A DNA stretch of 64,000 bases from Lepidodermella squamata (Eukaryota > Animalia > Gastrotricha), in assembly GCA_047495785.1 (NCBI GenBank), contig JBLDXI010000016.1, positions 372,001 through 436,000 on the forward strand, in the 5' to 3' direction. Below the pieces are notes generated by a model. That model worked only from the letters and a program-made list of their open reading frames with translations. It was not told where the DNA came from and did not search any database. Below, piece after piece: positions 1-11,533 of this stretch; position 1 is the stretch's first letter, and each line of letters starts with the position of its first letter. A program made the position numbers and the translations under genes.

Positions 1-143
1 CACGATGAAATAATCTGTCTCTTAAACACTTCGTCTTTCTCAGCTGCCGACTTTATACCCGGTACAAACAGTTTGTGCATTTTTTATACTTTTATTTGTA
101 TGAAAATTGCTTTCATTTCAAAATATTATGTCTTTAAATACAT

Positions 144-1892
144 TTACTTCATAGCTTTTAAGACTTTGAAAGATGACGGAAAAAAATTGCGCCAATAAAA
201 TTCAATTATTAAATCGACCGAGTTCGCCCAGGTTTCGTCTTTTTGTATTGTTAGTAGCAATTGCTGATCAGGAGTCCACAGCAAAAGATACGCAATTCGT
301 CGACCCGTGCAAACCAGTGTCGCCTGTATTTGGTGAAACCAGGGATGCCGCTCTTGTAAGTGATATTTGCCGCGCAAATACTTGATGGCTGGCACTTTAC
401 CAGCTCGAATTTGACCAGTCAAAGTTACGGCTCGCTTCTTTGATGGCCTGCAGGAGAACAAACATTTGACCTATCAAAAACAAGCTATTTTTAAGAATAA
501 ATTAATAAAAAAAGCTTCAACCTCTAAAATAGCGTCATCTCGCACTAAACCATCAGGGCTGGCGCCGAAAATTCCCGATGAGTGCAACCAGATGCCGGTG
601 TGTTTAGAAGAACCAAAACCAAGCTTCTCAAAAGCAGCAATGCCATCACTCTCGTGCTGCACGCCGTATCTTACCGCTTTCACATTCTAAGCATTTCGAT
701 ACTTGAATCGAATTTTCACATAACAAAATAATAAACCTATAACGAGGGAATCATGCGTAATGTTCACGAGGTAATGATTGAACGTAAAATAAATAAATTG
801 TAGGCCGGGTTTGCAGGGTCAAAGTACAACTCTAAAAATAGCGCGCGACGGTTAAAAATAGCACTATTCTGTAACGTTCTATGTGTAGTCTTATTTTTCA
901 AATTTTTCAGATTTTTCAAACTATTTTAGAAATTCCACTATTGAAATAACCCAGAATTATCAAGATAAATTTAAATAATCTGGAGAATCTGAAGAATTTG
1001 AAGGTTTTCGGAAAATCCGATCTTAAAGTAAGAATTTTCTAGCTAATCATAAGTGAAGCCGTCAATTCAAGGAAAAGCTAAGAGATAGGTTACAATCGAT
1101 GTTCTTTCGATGAGTTACTCTGCATTGTAGGCCGGGTTTCGTAAGGTCAAAGTCCAAAGCATGATTCACGCTATTGAAATAATGCAGTTAGTTGTTAGCA
1201 TATTTTTTCAAATTCTTCAGATTCTCCAGATTATTTAAATTTATCTTGATAATTCTGGGTTATTTCAATAGTGGAATAATCATCAACAGCTTGTCGCATT
1301 TGTGACCACGGGACAGCGTGATGAGCCGATGTGGTTTCGCGTTCGAGTCGGCAGACTTACATCTTCGATGATTCATGCAGTGTTCAACACCGTCAAATCG
1401 AAGAAATTTCTTGAGACTGGAGAGATGCCGAAATCAATGAAGAAAATTAACTGTTTGCCTAGGAGGAAAGAGCATTTCAATCGTTTTCCCCTCGAGGCTA
1501 GGTATATCCTCGAAAAACTTCCTCCAGGCCCTGTCAGTTTTTGAAAACGATGACTTGACCGCCATCATCACTGCAGCCTTGTGCTTGCAACGTCCTAGTC
1601 CACGCTTGCAGCCACACGTAGCATTCTTAATGCCGAGCTTGTCATCCAGATCCATCTTCGAAGAAATCTTATGATTAATTGTTAACTATTAATTGAGAAA
1701 ACATACTTCCACCGAATAAGAATGCGTCCGATATGAAGACCAGACACTTCCATTTACGTGTCCTGTGTCACCGTCGTAGCATATACTTCGAACTCGATTA
1801 AACTTGAGGTAAAGTTCGCCATGCTTCTTAAAACTCGCATATTCGTCACCAAAAAACTCTTCTATCCACTTGTCTTTAACAACACTGGACAT
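144..1892 (-). pseudogene. SWIM zinc finger + YqaJ-like PD-(D/E)XK exonuclease gene (ISL2EU/Harbinger-type accessory protein), disrupted by an internal inversion
   Basis: Spliced minus-strand exons: 1892-1707; 1655-~1440 with SWIM motif CGCKRGLGRCKH; 687-522 with GASPDGLV..ILE; 470-144 with VKC...WFHQIQATL. The middle YqaJ exon (TGQR..W...RVGRLTSS) lies on the + strand at ~1272-1445. Confidence 0.75.
932..1277. repeat. ~71-bp inverted repeat (932-1002 / 1207-1277) at the inversion breakpoint
   Basis: attccactattgaaataacccagaatt...gaagaatttgaa is the reverse complement of ttcaaattcttc...tcaatagtggaat. Confidence 0.9.
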
Positions 1893-2260
1893 TTCTTTAA
1901 TGAAAATGCTGATATGTGATGTGGATCATAGTTTGATAGCAAAAAACAGCATTCAAATTGCATATGAGTGACGATTACGACCTCTGAAGCACTAAAACCC
2001 AGGATAACGTTGTCCGTCGGCGAGGAAAGCGGAAGCATCCGTAAAACGAACGCGTCTTCATGGTGACCGCCATTTGTAAAATCAAAAATTCTTGTATATT
2101 TAGGCAAGATATATGTCGTTGTATTTCTAAAATCGAGTGTTTTCAAATTTTAATAAATGACAAAATTTCATTTTTTTGGCCAATCAGCTGCGGCGGTCTG
2201 GAGAATAATTATTACGGGCTGCGGGCTGCTCCATCTCGCATTTGAACTAGATTAAGTTGA

Positions 2261-2405
2261 AATGTAAAACGATTTTGTCTAGTGGGCAGCGCCGTGATGC
2301 ATCACGGGATCAACTTGTTTTTAAACTATTTAAAATATGCTGCCATTTTATTTATGTTTACAAAATCACGTGCTGTACGGTTTTGTCGAATGTCCAGGCT
2401 TAAAA
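2261..2405 (+). promoter_or_regulatory. Conserved upstream block of astacin-like gene 1, homologous to 26261-26400
   Basis: Shared tgtaaaacg..ggcag.gccgtgatgcatcac..aaactattt.aaat..aaatcac..gctgt..tccaggcttaaa at the same position upstream of homologous first exons. Contains the palindrome GTGATGCATCAC. Confidence 0.5.
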
Positions 2406-2491
2406 TAACCGATGGGCCAAACAGATGTATTTCTGCCCTATTTTAATGCTTCATAATTTTATTATCTGTTCTTGAGTCATCTTCAGTTATA

Positions 2492-5400
2492 ATGCCAAAA
2501 TTTATAGCATTTATTCTTACATCTGCTGCTCTAATAATCGATGCCACAAGTGGCCAAGTAAGAAATTGTTTGAGTCTTCTGCTATCCAATTTTTTCCTCC
2601 AATTTCTACAGCAATTTGTCGGAAATAAAACTGAAGACAAGGCCGAAGTGAAGAGGATTCTCTGCGAACTCGACTGTAAAATAGCATTGGACTACGACCA
2701 ACCCTGTGTAAGTGATTTTATTTTCTTTTTTTTTTCTAACCAAAAGTTCCTCACACCCCGGCATTTCTAAAAGCTAAAACACGCAATTTTAAGAATAACC
2801 AAAAGTCTCAATTTTAGTTGGCTCATGCAGGACGCGAAGTACGGGGGGAATTAGGGATATCGTACACCCCAGTTCGGCAGGCAAGAGGGTAAAAACTCCC
2901 AAAAAACCTTAGGGTCATAAAATTGGGGTTCTACAGTTCGAGAATCCTACTTCGCTCACTGACTCCTAAGTTTTAATGCATTTTAAGCCCGTTTTCGGCT
3001 TGAAAATTCACAAACAATTCGAAGCTATATTTGCTATTTGCTCACAAATTAACTTTTACAAGTAGTGAGCCGCTCAAAACGTTTAACACTAAGGCAGAAA
3101 ATTATCACATCAAGATTCCTTGTTACAACGCCACTGGTACGCCAGACTACTTGATGACATAGCAGTCGAATAGGACAAAGAACAGGGTTCGCGGGAATCC
3201 GATACGATTCGTTACCGTGAAGGTCTGCATTTTCTGCAACCGTGGGATTTTTCCTTAAACTGAAATGCATATCCGTATTTAAATTGCTGAAACAGGTGAC
3301 TGTCACATCAGCTAATTATTTATTCTAAAGGCAGCCCCGGTCGATTGGTCTAATCGGTTTCAAAACATAAATAATGAACGTTCAGGAAAAACCGCTACAT
3401 TAAAAATTTTTGAATGTTCACATTCTAAATTACAAATTTTTCAAATTTTTCGATTTTCGAAGCTAAATCCTAAGTAGCATGGTAATTGTTTATGACGGGG
3501 AACTCCCGTTGTCGTAGGTCATGTTCGGTCTGTCGGTCTGTCGGTCGTCAAGGAGGATAAATAGCGGTGTAGTCACAGTTACCCGATGCCTGTTTTCAAC
3601 CCTCCTATGAAAAGTCTCCCGGGCACATGCAATTCGTACTGCTTTTCGGCTTGTGTGACATGGCAACTTTTGGCGTGCGACTAGCGGTGGTAGCCCCTGG
3701 CCCGCTCACGTTTGGTAAAAACCCTTACGCTACGTACGCGCTCTATTTTTACTGAGTAAGCAAATGTGACTAACACGTAAATGTTCATATACTTGCACAT
3801 TCGTGATTTGTAGCTCATCCTGAATTGAAGCCCCCTGAGCAACAATACATTGAGTTGCAAGCCCATCTCAAATAATAGCCGGGGCTACTACGTAACTTGG
3901 TAAGATGCGTGATATGGATCCTAATGCCAAGTCAACCATCATGGATGATGGGTGTGCACGAAAAAGTTATACGTGGGTTATACGTGGGCACGAAAGAAAG
4001 CGATGATGCTTAGTATATCTTTGTTCGGGGTTAAAGCGATTGCGAAGGTGTGGGATGAACGCAGTGCGCAGTAAATGTATCCGGGTTAGCATTGCCTCTA
4101 GCTGAAGCCCCTAATACCACGTTCGAAAAACTTATTTTTATTTTGTTCTTTGTTTTTAAACATGCTGTTTGTTCCCACATGGTTGGTTATTTTTTGCTTC
4201 AATGGAAAATGTGATTCCGCCCGGTGTTTCCGCCCGGTGATTCCGCCCGCTCACGCGTTTAAGGTGGATCTTTTATTTTTAATTTTAGTTGATTTCCAAA
4301 TCAGTAAATTACTGGACAAACCAGACTCCTTCAAGAAATTAGACCAAGAAAACTACAATTTGAACCAAATAAAGCATTTTAACAATAGCCAATTTTATTT
4401 AACACGTAAATTGTGAGAGATTAGCTTATACAAATCGAAAAGTCAGTTCTGGAGTTTTGGCATGCACAGTGCAGTATTTACTTGAAAACTGGCGTCGACC
4501 GTGAACTGAATCGCCGGCGGACTGATCGCCCTAGTCGAATTTGCCTAGAGGAAATTCGGCCATTTTCTGCTACTTAAGAATTGCGGTTTTCACGAGCTGA
4601 TTGTTGCATTGGTAGACTGCATTTGGTTAGAATCGACTGCGTTTCCGAGGATTAGTCGCGGTTGCCGAGCGTGATTTTCACCAAAACAAATTCAGTGCGA
4701 AAATAATTCGATTCGAAAGAGGAATGAAACAAAAAGAATTTGTTAACCGATTTTTTAAGGTTGATTTTTCAATTCAAACGAAATTAATTTAAACAGACGC
4801 CATGGGTGTGAGTGGTTGTGCATTTTATCCAGATTTCGAGCGGAAAATGGGTTTTTTTGGGATAATATAGCCCTTGAAATAACTCGATTTCAGCCCTTGA
4901 AAATACCCTCGGGCTTCGCTCCGCTACGCCCTCGGGCATTTTCAGCGGGCCGAAATCTCGTTTCTGCCCTCAACACCGTTAAGGATTCCTTAATTTCTAT
5001 CGAGCAAATTCAAATCCCAAGAGGAAATCAGGTTAAAAATACATTGAAACGCACAGTTCGTATGAATAGAAATCAGAAACTTTAAGGAAAGTAGCACCTG
5101 CAAGCGGAGTCTGTGCTTATGAAAATAGCATCCTAAGTAATAATTCCGGATGTCGGAGTATAGGCATCTTCAAAGCACGCTTTTAAGGCATCGAATTCTG
5201 GCGATACCTACGACCTACGACAGATCAGTTGTGATCAGCCAGAATTCGTGATTCATAGCATGATTTGTCTCTTTCTTCTCACCTTGTTGTTGTCGTTCCA
5301 TGCCACACAGGCGCGTAAGCCTTATCGCTTGCACACTCCCTTTACCTTCCCCTATGGAGATCATCGCATCCGTCCACGCACTTCGTGTCCTATCAAACTC

Positions 5401-8400
5401 AGACCTACGAAGAAGCCCAGGCCTACAAGTAACGCATGTACTTGTTACATAAAAATCGAATATCACGAAGAGTCCGAAGTGACAGTTCCCAAGAAGAGAG
5501 ATTAGTTTCCGAGTTGAATGTCGGGCAATGAGCTTCCTGAAAGCATGCTTTGAAGGCGTCAAATTCTAGCGATTCCTGCGCTCTAAGACAGATCATTCAC
5601 AATTCAAATTCCCATAATGAACTCTCTCTACATTTTCGTATTTCTTTCAACGTTTTCTGCCTCAGTAACGGAAGCGCGTAAGCCATATCGCTTGCGCACT
5701 CTCCTTTACCTCCCGCTATGGAGAAACTCGGGAGACTATCGCAACTGTCGTTGGGCTTTTCAGTCGGCGTACGATTTCGTTAACAATCGAAGCGATATTT
5801 TACCCGACTACCACCTCGAATACGATTATCGTGACGAAGGACCACAGAGTGTGGCAGTAGCCTCTTCGAGCATCTACTACATTCGACAAATGCTTGATTC
5901 CGAAGACCCGAGTCTTATCATGGCTCCGCTTAATATCGGTGTTCAATTCACGCCAGGATGTAAAAGTTGGGGTAGGGTTGCATCGCATATGAACATGGTG
6001 ACAGTATCGATGGGCTGCATTTCACCGGCTATGGTTGACCGTCGAGATCTCTATCCTAACCTGTGGCGAATCAAGGCATCTTCTCAGTTGACTATGATGG
6101 CGCGCTTAAGCTTCATATTAAGAGCAACACCTTGGAAAAAAGTCGCAATCGTATTCCCAGCTGGTGAAAGCTCTTTCGGTCTCGAGGCAGCTACCTTCGC
6201 TGTTTCGATAAACAACAAATTCGGCCTTGCTATTCAAACAATTGAAGCTAGCCCTGATTTCAGCGACGACTTTATGCAGACCTTCAACAAAAAAGACATC
6301 CGAATCTTCTCATTTGAGAACGGCGACTCTTTGCTCATGATTCAATTCCTCTGCCAGGCCTATTTCAGCGGTATTAAGGGGAATAAGTACATATTTCTGA
6401 CTCTGACTAGTTCTTACACGGACCCTAACCTCGCCCCGCCGTCTTATTTCCCTACAAATTGCAATTCGACGATTTACATGGAGCAAATGGGCAGGGTTTT
6501 GTATTTTGGTGCCCCCTCTACATTAACGAATGATGGAAAGACGAAGGATTATCTTGGAAATACGATGCCAGAGTTCGATAGTTATTTCAGGAAAACTTAC
6601 CCAGTTGACACTCGCATGATAGATTTCACAGGGAGATATGGTTGCTATGACATGGCTCTTCACTCCATTGTTGTCCTAAACGATTCCGAATACCTCCTCA
6701 ACAAGCTGAATTCCTCACTCAAGGAGTATCGCGAAGACCCGAGAAAGGTCATGTTAGCGGTAAACAGTAGTGCTGGAGGGGTGAGGTATCGGAATCAGCA
6801 GCTTGGCTATTTTCATTACTCTTCGAGAATGGAAATGGACTATGAAGTTCAGATGGTCTTCACTTGGTCCCCGGCGACAGGCATGAAGGCGAGATATAGG
6901 ATTCAACTGGATGAAAATGCAACTTTGAGCAATGATACGGCTTCATTTAAAGTTCAAGAAATGTCAGCATTTGAACCTGGATTTCTACCCAGAGACTCGG
7001 CGTTCGAAGATTTAGTCGATATCGGGGTTCCAATCGGAGCTTTCGGATTTCTAACTTTTACGGCTCTCATCATGGTTCTTATTCAAATCAGTGGCATTTC
7101 ATGGGTGATATTGACTGAAACGAAGACTGATGGTAAACGGTTGGAGGATATCCTAATGATTACCAGCTGCGTTTTCCTAGCTGGAGGGTCCGTTTTAGTG
7201 ATGGCACCAACCATAATCAGAAATGACGCCATTTGTGAAGCTTCCGTACTCACTGTTGCTTTAGGTCTTTCGCTGTTGTACAGCGCGTTAGTTTTCCGGC
7301 TTCGGACAGCGTTTAAAATTCTGCTCCAGAATGAATCACGACAAATAAATCGTCCAAATGATGCAAAGGACGAAGCTTCATATTTCATTCGGACAGTTTT
7401 CTTTCTGTTCTTAAACCTGTCCGTTGCTATTGCATGGGCGACAGCTGATCCTTTCGTAGCTGTAGTAGTTGAGCCGGACAAGTCGAGATATTACGATGTG
7501 GAAGCTGACACTTATATCACGAACCACTCAGTCGCATGCTCTTCAAGTTCGACTGGACATTGGCTGATAGCGCTATTGTCCTTGGACGCATTGGTTCTCG
7601 CAAATGGGGCGATCTATGTTGTGAAACTGAAAGGAAGTCCGTATCTGCCCTTCTATCCCTTCGTGAAGCGATTAGCTGTCACTGTTGTAGCTTCTTCGAC
7701 GTTGTTTCTAGCGACTGTAGCTGTTGTCGCCATGCTGAAATCGGGCAGCGGTCGAGATTTGGCAATTTGTGTTGCACTACAGATACAATCTGCTTTGGTT
7801 AGCGCTTTGCTTTATGTTAAAGTTGGAAAGGGCGTGGATAATACTGGTGAATCTATGCCTCGAATTCCGACCAATCAAAGTCATATGCGGAGCAGATTCA
7901 TGTCTGTCGGACAACCTGTTGTGAGAACCAGGTTTCACAGCCGTGGATGAAGCCTAATAATCATTCAGCATAGAGGATTCCATTTATTTTATTTTTATGT
8001 CGTATCTAGGTCGAGGCATTTTGTTAAATGTCTTTTCACGTTGTGTATTCAACTTGTTCACAATATTTCAACTTCTAAGTGGAAGCTAACAGTTATCAAT
8101 CAAAGAGTTCGATTTGGCGAAATTTGAACGTGTTTAAACCATGAATCCGGCGGGGAAAAAAGTGATCAAAGATTGTACTGAGATTACCAGAAAAACACAT
8201 ACGATATGCAGTTTTATCAAATATTAATACAGTGTCTCCGAAACCGGAGATGTTAAGTGAACTATGAGTGGATATAGGATGATCGTGAAGGTTCACCGCC
8301 TGAAGGTTGCTTTCTCACACGTTTTAACAACGGCACGTCTGGAACCACGTCTTCAATGATCGAAGTAAAGGGGTATGCGCAGTATCTTGTCCCAGTTCAA

Positions 8401-11400
8401 GTGGGCTGTGAAACCAAATTCCAAAATATCAAAAGGGACAACTTGGCCAGAAAATTCGATAAAACAATCCCTAGTTCCACGTTCTTACTTCGTAATCTGC
8501 CTTGCCTTGGTAAAATTTCAAGACAAAATAAGAATTGAAGAATGATTCGTTTTAAATTCGCAATTCCGATGCAAATAACAAATAATGTTGCTGCCTACTC
8601 GCCCACTTTTTCTGTCATGTATGAATTCTGTCTGGTCGTGTCATGTGAAAATTGCTGAGCCCCACTAAATAATGGTTGGCTTTTTGCAGATTTCATGTGA
8701 CGATTACGTCTTGAAGGAACCGGCGCCGAGTCGTGAGGTCGCGCTCGCCCACTATCGAAACTATGTAAACCGCGGCATCGACTCGCCAAGCTTACCCGTG
8801 GCTGATTCTAACCTGTGGCCGCTGCCGATTAAAATATTTTTCTATGCCGATTCACAGTGTAAGTTTCGTTGTCACGAGTTTCCATGCCTTATACCCTGCC
8901 CTTAGATGATTACGAATTTCAAGCGCGGGTTATTGAGGCACTGGAACTGTACAAACGAGAGACATGCATCAGCTACAAAATTGCGACAAGCTACTCTCCC
9001 GGAACCATATACGTGCAAAGATCCTATGGGTAAGTGATTTAGTCTTCTGCTGTTTCATTATTTGCTCCATTTTTAGAGGCTCGACTTGGGACGTTGAACC
9101 GGGGAAATATGCGGATCCACAGTTCGTGGTAATGCGTATAGAGGTAAGAAGTTAAAACATGAAATATCAGAATGTAGACGCTCTGTTGATATTGAACCAT
9201 ATTCAACAAGGGGTTGAACTATTCTCTCCTTTTTCTTTCCAGGGTATTCACAAGGTGCTTGCTCTAACACTTGGATTGGTAATTTTTCTAACTTTGCGGT
9301 TGAATTTTGTCGAGATTTCGAGATATATTGATATCAGCCGTACGAACATTGGCGACTCGACCGCGATGAATACTTGAAAATCAAGAATCCCTACTCGTAA
9401 TAAATCTTTCCAATCTGCGTTGATCCATTCTTTTGCCATTGACATTATCAGGTGGACAACATTATACAAACCACATCCACGCGATCACGGGGTGCCCTTC
9501 GACTTTGCCTCGGCAACAATGGTGCACCCTTCCGAAGATGATGGAGATTTCGAGCCGAAAGACTGGCGTTATGTTGGCGCCATGAACTCGAAATTTCCCT
9601 CATTCAATAATTTGAAGACTCTAAATTTGATGTACGATTGTGCGGGTACGTTCACTCGCATTTGCTTTTCTACAGTTCTATTTTTTCGATTTTGATCTGT
9701 ATAGCCCGTTGTAATGGCAAATCACCCGATTGCAAGTACGGCGGCTACCGCGATCCAAAGGCCTGTTATCGATGCAAGTGCCCGCCCGGTTTCGGCGGCC
9801 CGACTTGTGAAGCCACGCCACCTTTCGCCGGCGAGAACTGCGGAGGTGTTTTGAACATTCCTGAATGTACCACCATCGAAATGAAGTCACCTAACTACCC
9901 GAATAAGTACCCTATTGGCAGTAGCTGTACGTGGTGGGTCGTATCATCCAAGGTATTGCTTCGCATTGATAAATCACATTTATATTTATTGGTTTCGCCA
10001 ATAGCCTGGGCTAGTATTCGGATTCAGTGAAAGGCCAGATCTCAAAAAGGGCATCAGTAAGTGAAGATCTAAATATAGTCGAGATTTGAGAGATTGAGAA
10101 TCCTGTTATAGCGGAGACTGGCTTTTCAAGATACACTGATACATGCATCGATTACGTTGAATTTCGCAATCCAGTCGATGGAACGTTGCCATATCCTCGC
10201 TTCTGTTCATATGGCGTCACTTCTGGTAAAATTTACGAAACCAATGGTACGAAGGCGATAGTCTATTTCAAATCGAACTCGCCGAATCCTGGCAAAGGGT
10301 TCCGGCTACTCGCTCGCTCGAGCTGCTCAACAGACAATTTGCAAGAGTTGACGTTATCGCCGATCGGCTACGACTATGAGGGCAGGGTGTCGGTTACCTC
10401 TAACGGCCTTGCTTGCCTTAATTGGCCAATTCCTCACTGGATTGACAGTTTCTATGATCTCATCAAATTTCCGAGGGGCGATGTCATCAGACCATGGAAC
10501 TGCGTACGCAACCTTAATTCGTTAACGACTGGACCGTACTGCAACACGGCTCAAGGGCTGCAAACAGCAGCCAACTTGCCGTCCACCCCTATCAGTAAGT
10601 TTGCAAATCGTACTTTAACGATCAATGTGAGGAATAATCTGCTAAAACGATCATCGGAGAAAATTATCTAAAATTTAGATTTAATATTTAATATAGTTCG
10701 GTTCAGTGATTTCGCCCTATGAGAATGGGGAATGAGGGGAATCTTTTCCTCTGGGGAATATTGTAAATATCAATTATAATTTACCCAGATAGAAGGTTTC
10801 AGCTCTACTGTCACGAATTTTGAGCAATCAGACGATAATCATTAATCGATATGCTAAATCTTTCTCCTTCTTCGATTAATAGGCCCACCACTGAAACGCT
10901 GCTTGTCGATATCAACTCAGCAGTTCATGGGGTGCAAATTTGTTTGCCCAACCGGCGAGTTTGAACTCAAAGCTCCACACAACTTCTACGGCGAAAACTG
11001 CAAAAAAGGAGTAAGTAATTCCACTTTCTTTGAATTTGCAAGCCCTTAAATGCCTTCTCTGCTGGCAGGCTGCCAAGAAGTGTTATACAACTAGCACGAA
11101 GAAATACCGATGCATCAATGACGGGGCTAATTGTGACGGGGCAGACGAAGTTGAAGTCAGTTTGCTTTCGATTCAATCTAATTAGCGTTCGTTAATTGGT
11201 TTTCTGCTAGGTCGATGTGATTTTTTCAAGATACAGATTTTTCGCCCGCAACTGGCTCGATTGCAATCACGTATTCGGTCTGGTAATTAGGCAAATTGTC
11301 TTCAGAACTTAGCCTTGAAATTGTTTTGTCAGAAATACTATCAGTGCTATGAGAAAGATGCCATGAATTTCGTCGACTGCCGCAGATCTGGATGCAATAA

Positions 11401-11533
11401 TGACGAGGTATGTAGACTTTTTTCATCATGTATCCTTTTGAAACGTTCTCAACGAGTTATTTTGCAGTATGGTCTCGGGGCCTTCTATTCGCCAACTCAA
11501 TGTTACGCCAATTTCGAACAATCGAAACGTTGA
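2492..11533 (+). CDS. Astacin-like gene 1 (multi-exon): signal peptide, inactive astacin domain, EGF, CUB, kringle-like, Cys-rich C-terminus
   Basis: Exons join in frame: MPKFIAFILTSAALIIDATSGQ|..ILCELDC..QPC|ISCDDY..WPLPI..ETCISY..GIHKVLALTLGL|PYEHWRLDRDEY..FDFASATM..LNLMYDC; EGF CKYGGYRDP..CKCPPGFGGPTC; CUB SPNYP..CTW..DYVEFR..RFCS; kringle-like GYDYEG..C.NW..GPYC; stop at 11531-11533. Intron 2 spans 2708-8689. Confidence 0.85.
5260..5390 (+). pseudogene. 5' fragment of the class C GPCR (signal peptide + ARKPYRL), then frameshifted
   Basis: MICLFLLTLLLSFHATQARKPYRLHT matches the N-terminus of 5617..7950. The upstream aaagca(c/t)gcttt(t/g)aaggc motif recurs at ~5170, ~5540 and ~27745. Confidence 0.7.
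5617..7950 (+). CDS. Intronless class C GPCR, GABA-B-receptor-like (signal peptide, Venus flytrap/ANF-receptor domain, 7TM)
   Basis: 777-aa ORF with VNNRSDILPDYHL and YPNLWR..WKKVAI VFT motifs and no cysteine-rich linker. Seven hydrophobic segments follow residue ~470, with TM3 Cys (AICEAS) and ECL2 C..S...W. Confidence 0.85.
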   Translation: MNSLYIFVFLSTFSASVTEARKPYRLRTLLYLPLWRNSGDYRNCRWAFQSAYDFVNNRSDILPDYHLEYDYRDEGPQSVAVASSSIYYIRQMLDSEDPSLIMAPLNIGVQFTPGCKSWGRVASHMNMVTVSMGCISPAMVDRRDLYPNLWRIKASSQLTMMARLSFILRATPWKKVAIVFPAGESSFGLEAATFAVSINNKFGLAIQTIEASPDFSDDFMQTFNKKDIRIFSFENGDSLLMIQFLCQAYFSGIKGNKYIFLTLTSSYTDPNLAPPSYFPTNCNSTIYMEQMGRVLYFGAPSTLTNDGKTKDYLGNTMPEFDSYFRKTYPVDTRMIDFTGRYGCYDMALHSIVVLNDSEYLLNKLNSSLKEYREDPRKVMLAVNSSAGGVRYRNQQLGYFHYSSRMEMDYEVQMVFTWSPATGMKARYRIQLDENATLSNDTASFKVQEMSAFEPGFLPRDSAFEDLVDIGVPIGAFGFLTFTALIMVLIQISGISWVILTETKTDGKRLEDILMITSCVFLAGGSVLVMAPTIIRNDAICEASVLTVALGLSLLYSALVFRLRTAFKILLQNESRQINRPNDAKDEASYFIRTVFFLFLNLSVAIAWATADPFVAVVVEPDKSRYYDVEADTYITNHSVACSSSSTGHWLIALLSLDALVLANGAIYVVKLKGSPYLPFYPFVKRLAVTVVASSTLFLATVAVVAMLKSGSGRDLAICVALQIQSALVSALLYVKVGKGVDNTGESMPRIPTNQSHMRSRFMSVGQPVVRTRFHSRG

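Noticed and set aside
2828-2961. hAT-like MITE (CAGGACGCGAAGTA..TACTTCGCTCACTG)
   Set aside because: Imperfect TIR and no matching TSD; too decayed to call
3485-3600. Helentron/DINE-1-like start (hairpin + TGTCGGTC microsatellite)
   Set aside because: The other end could not be defined with confidence
7083-7481. Antisense and alternate-frame ORFs overlapping the GPCR, gag-pol, piggyBac and LINE
   Set aside because: Shadow ORFs of real coding sequence with no independent motifs
10003-10030. Apparent shared in-frame stop after SIRIQ in astacin-like genes 1 and 2
   Set aside because: Wrong frame; the spliced exon reads PGLVFGFSERPDL without a stop
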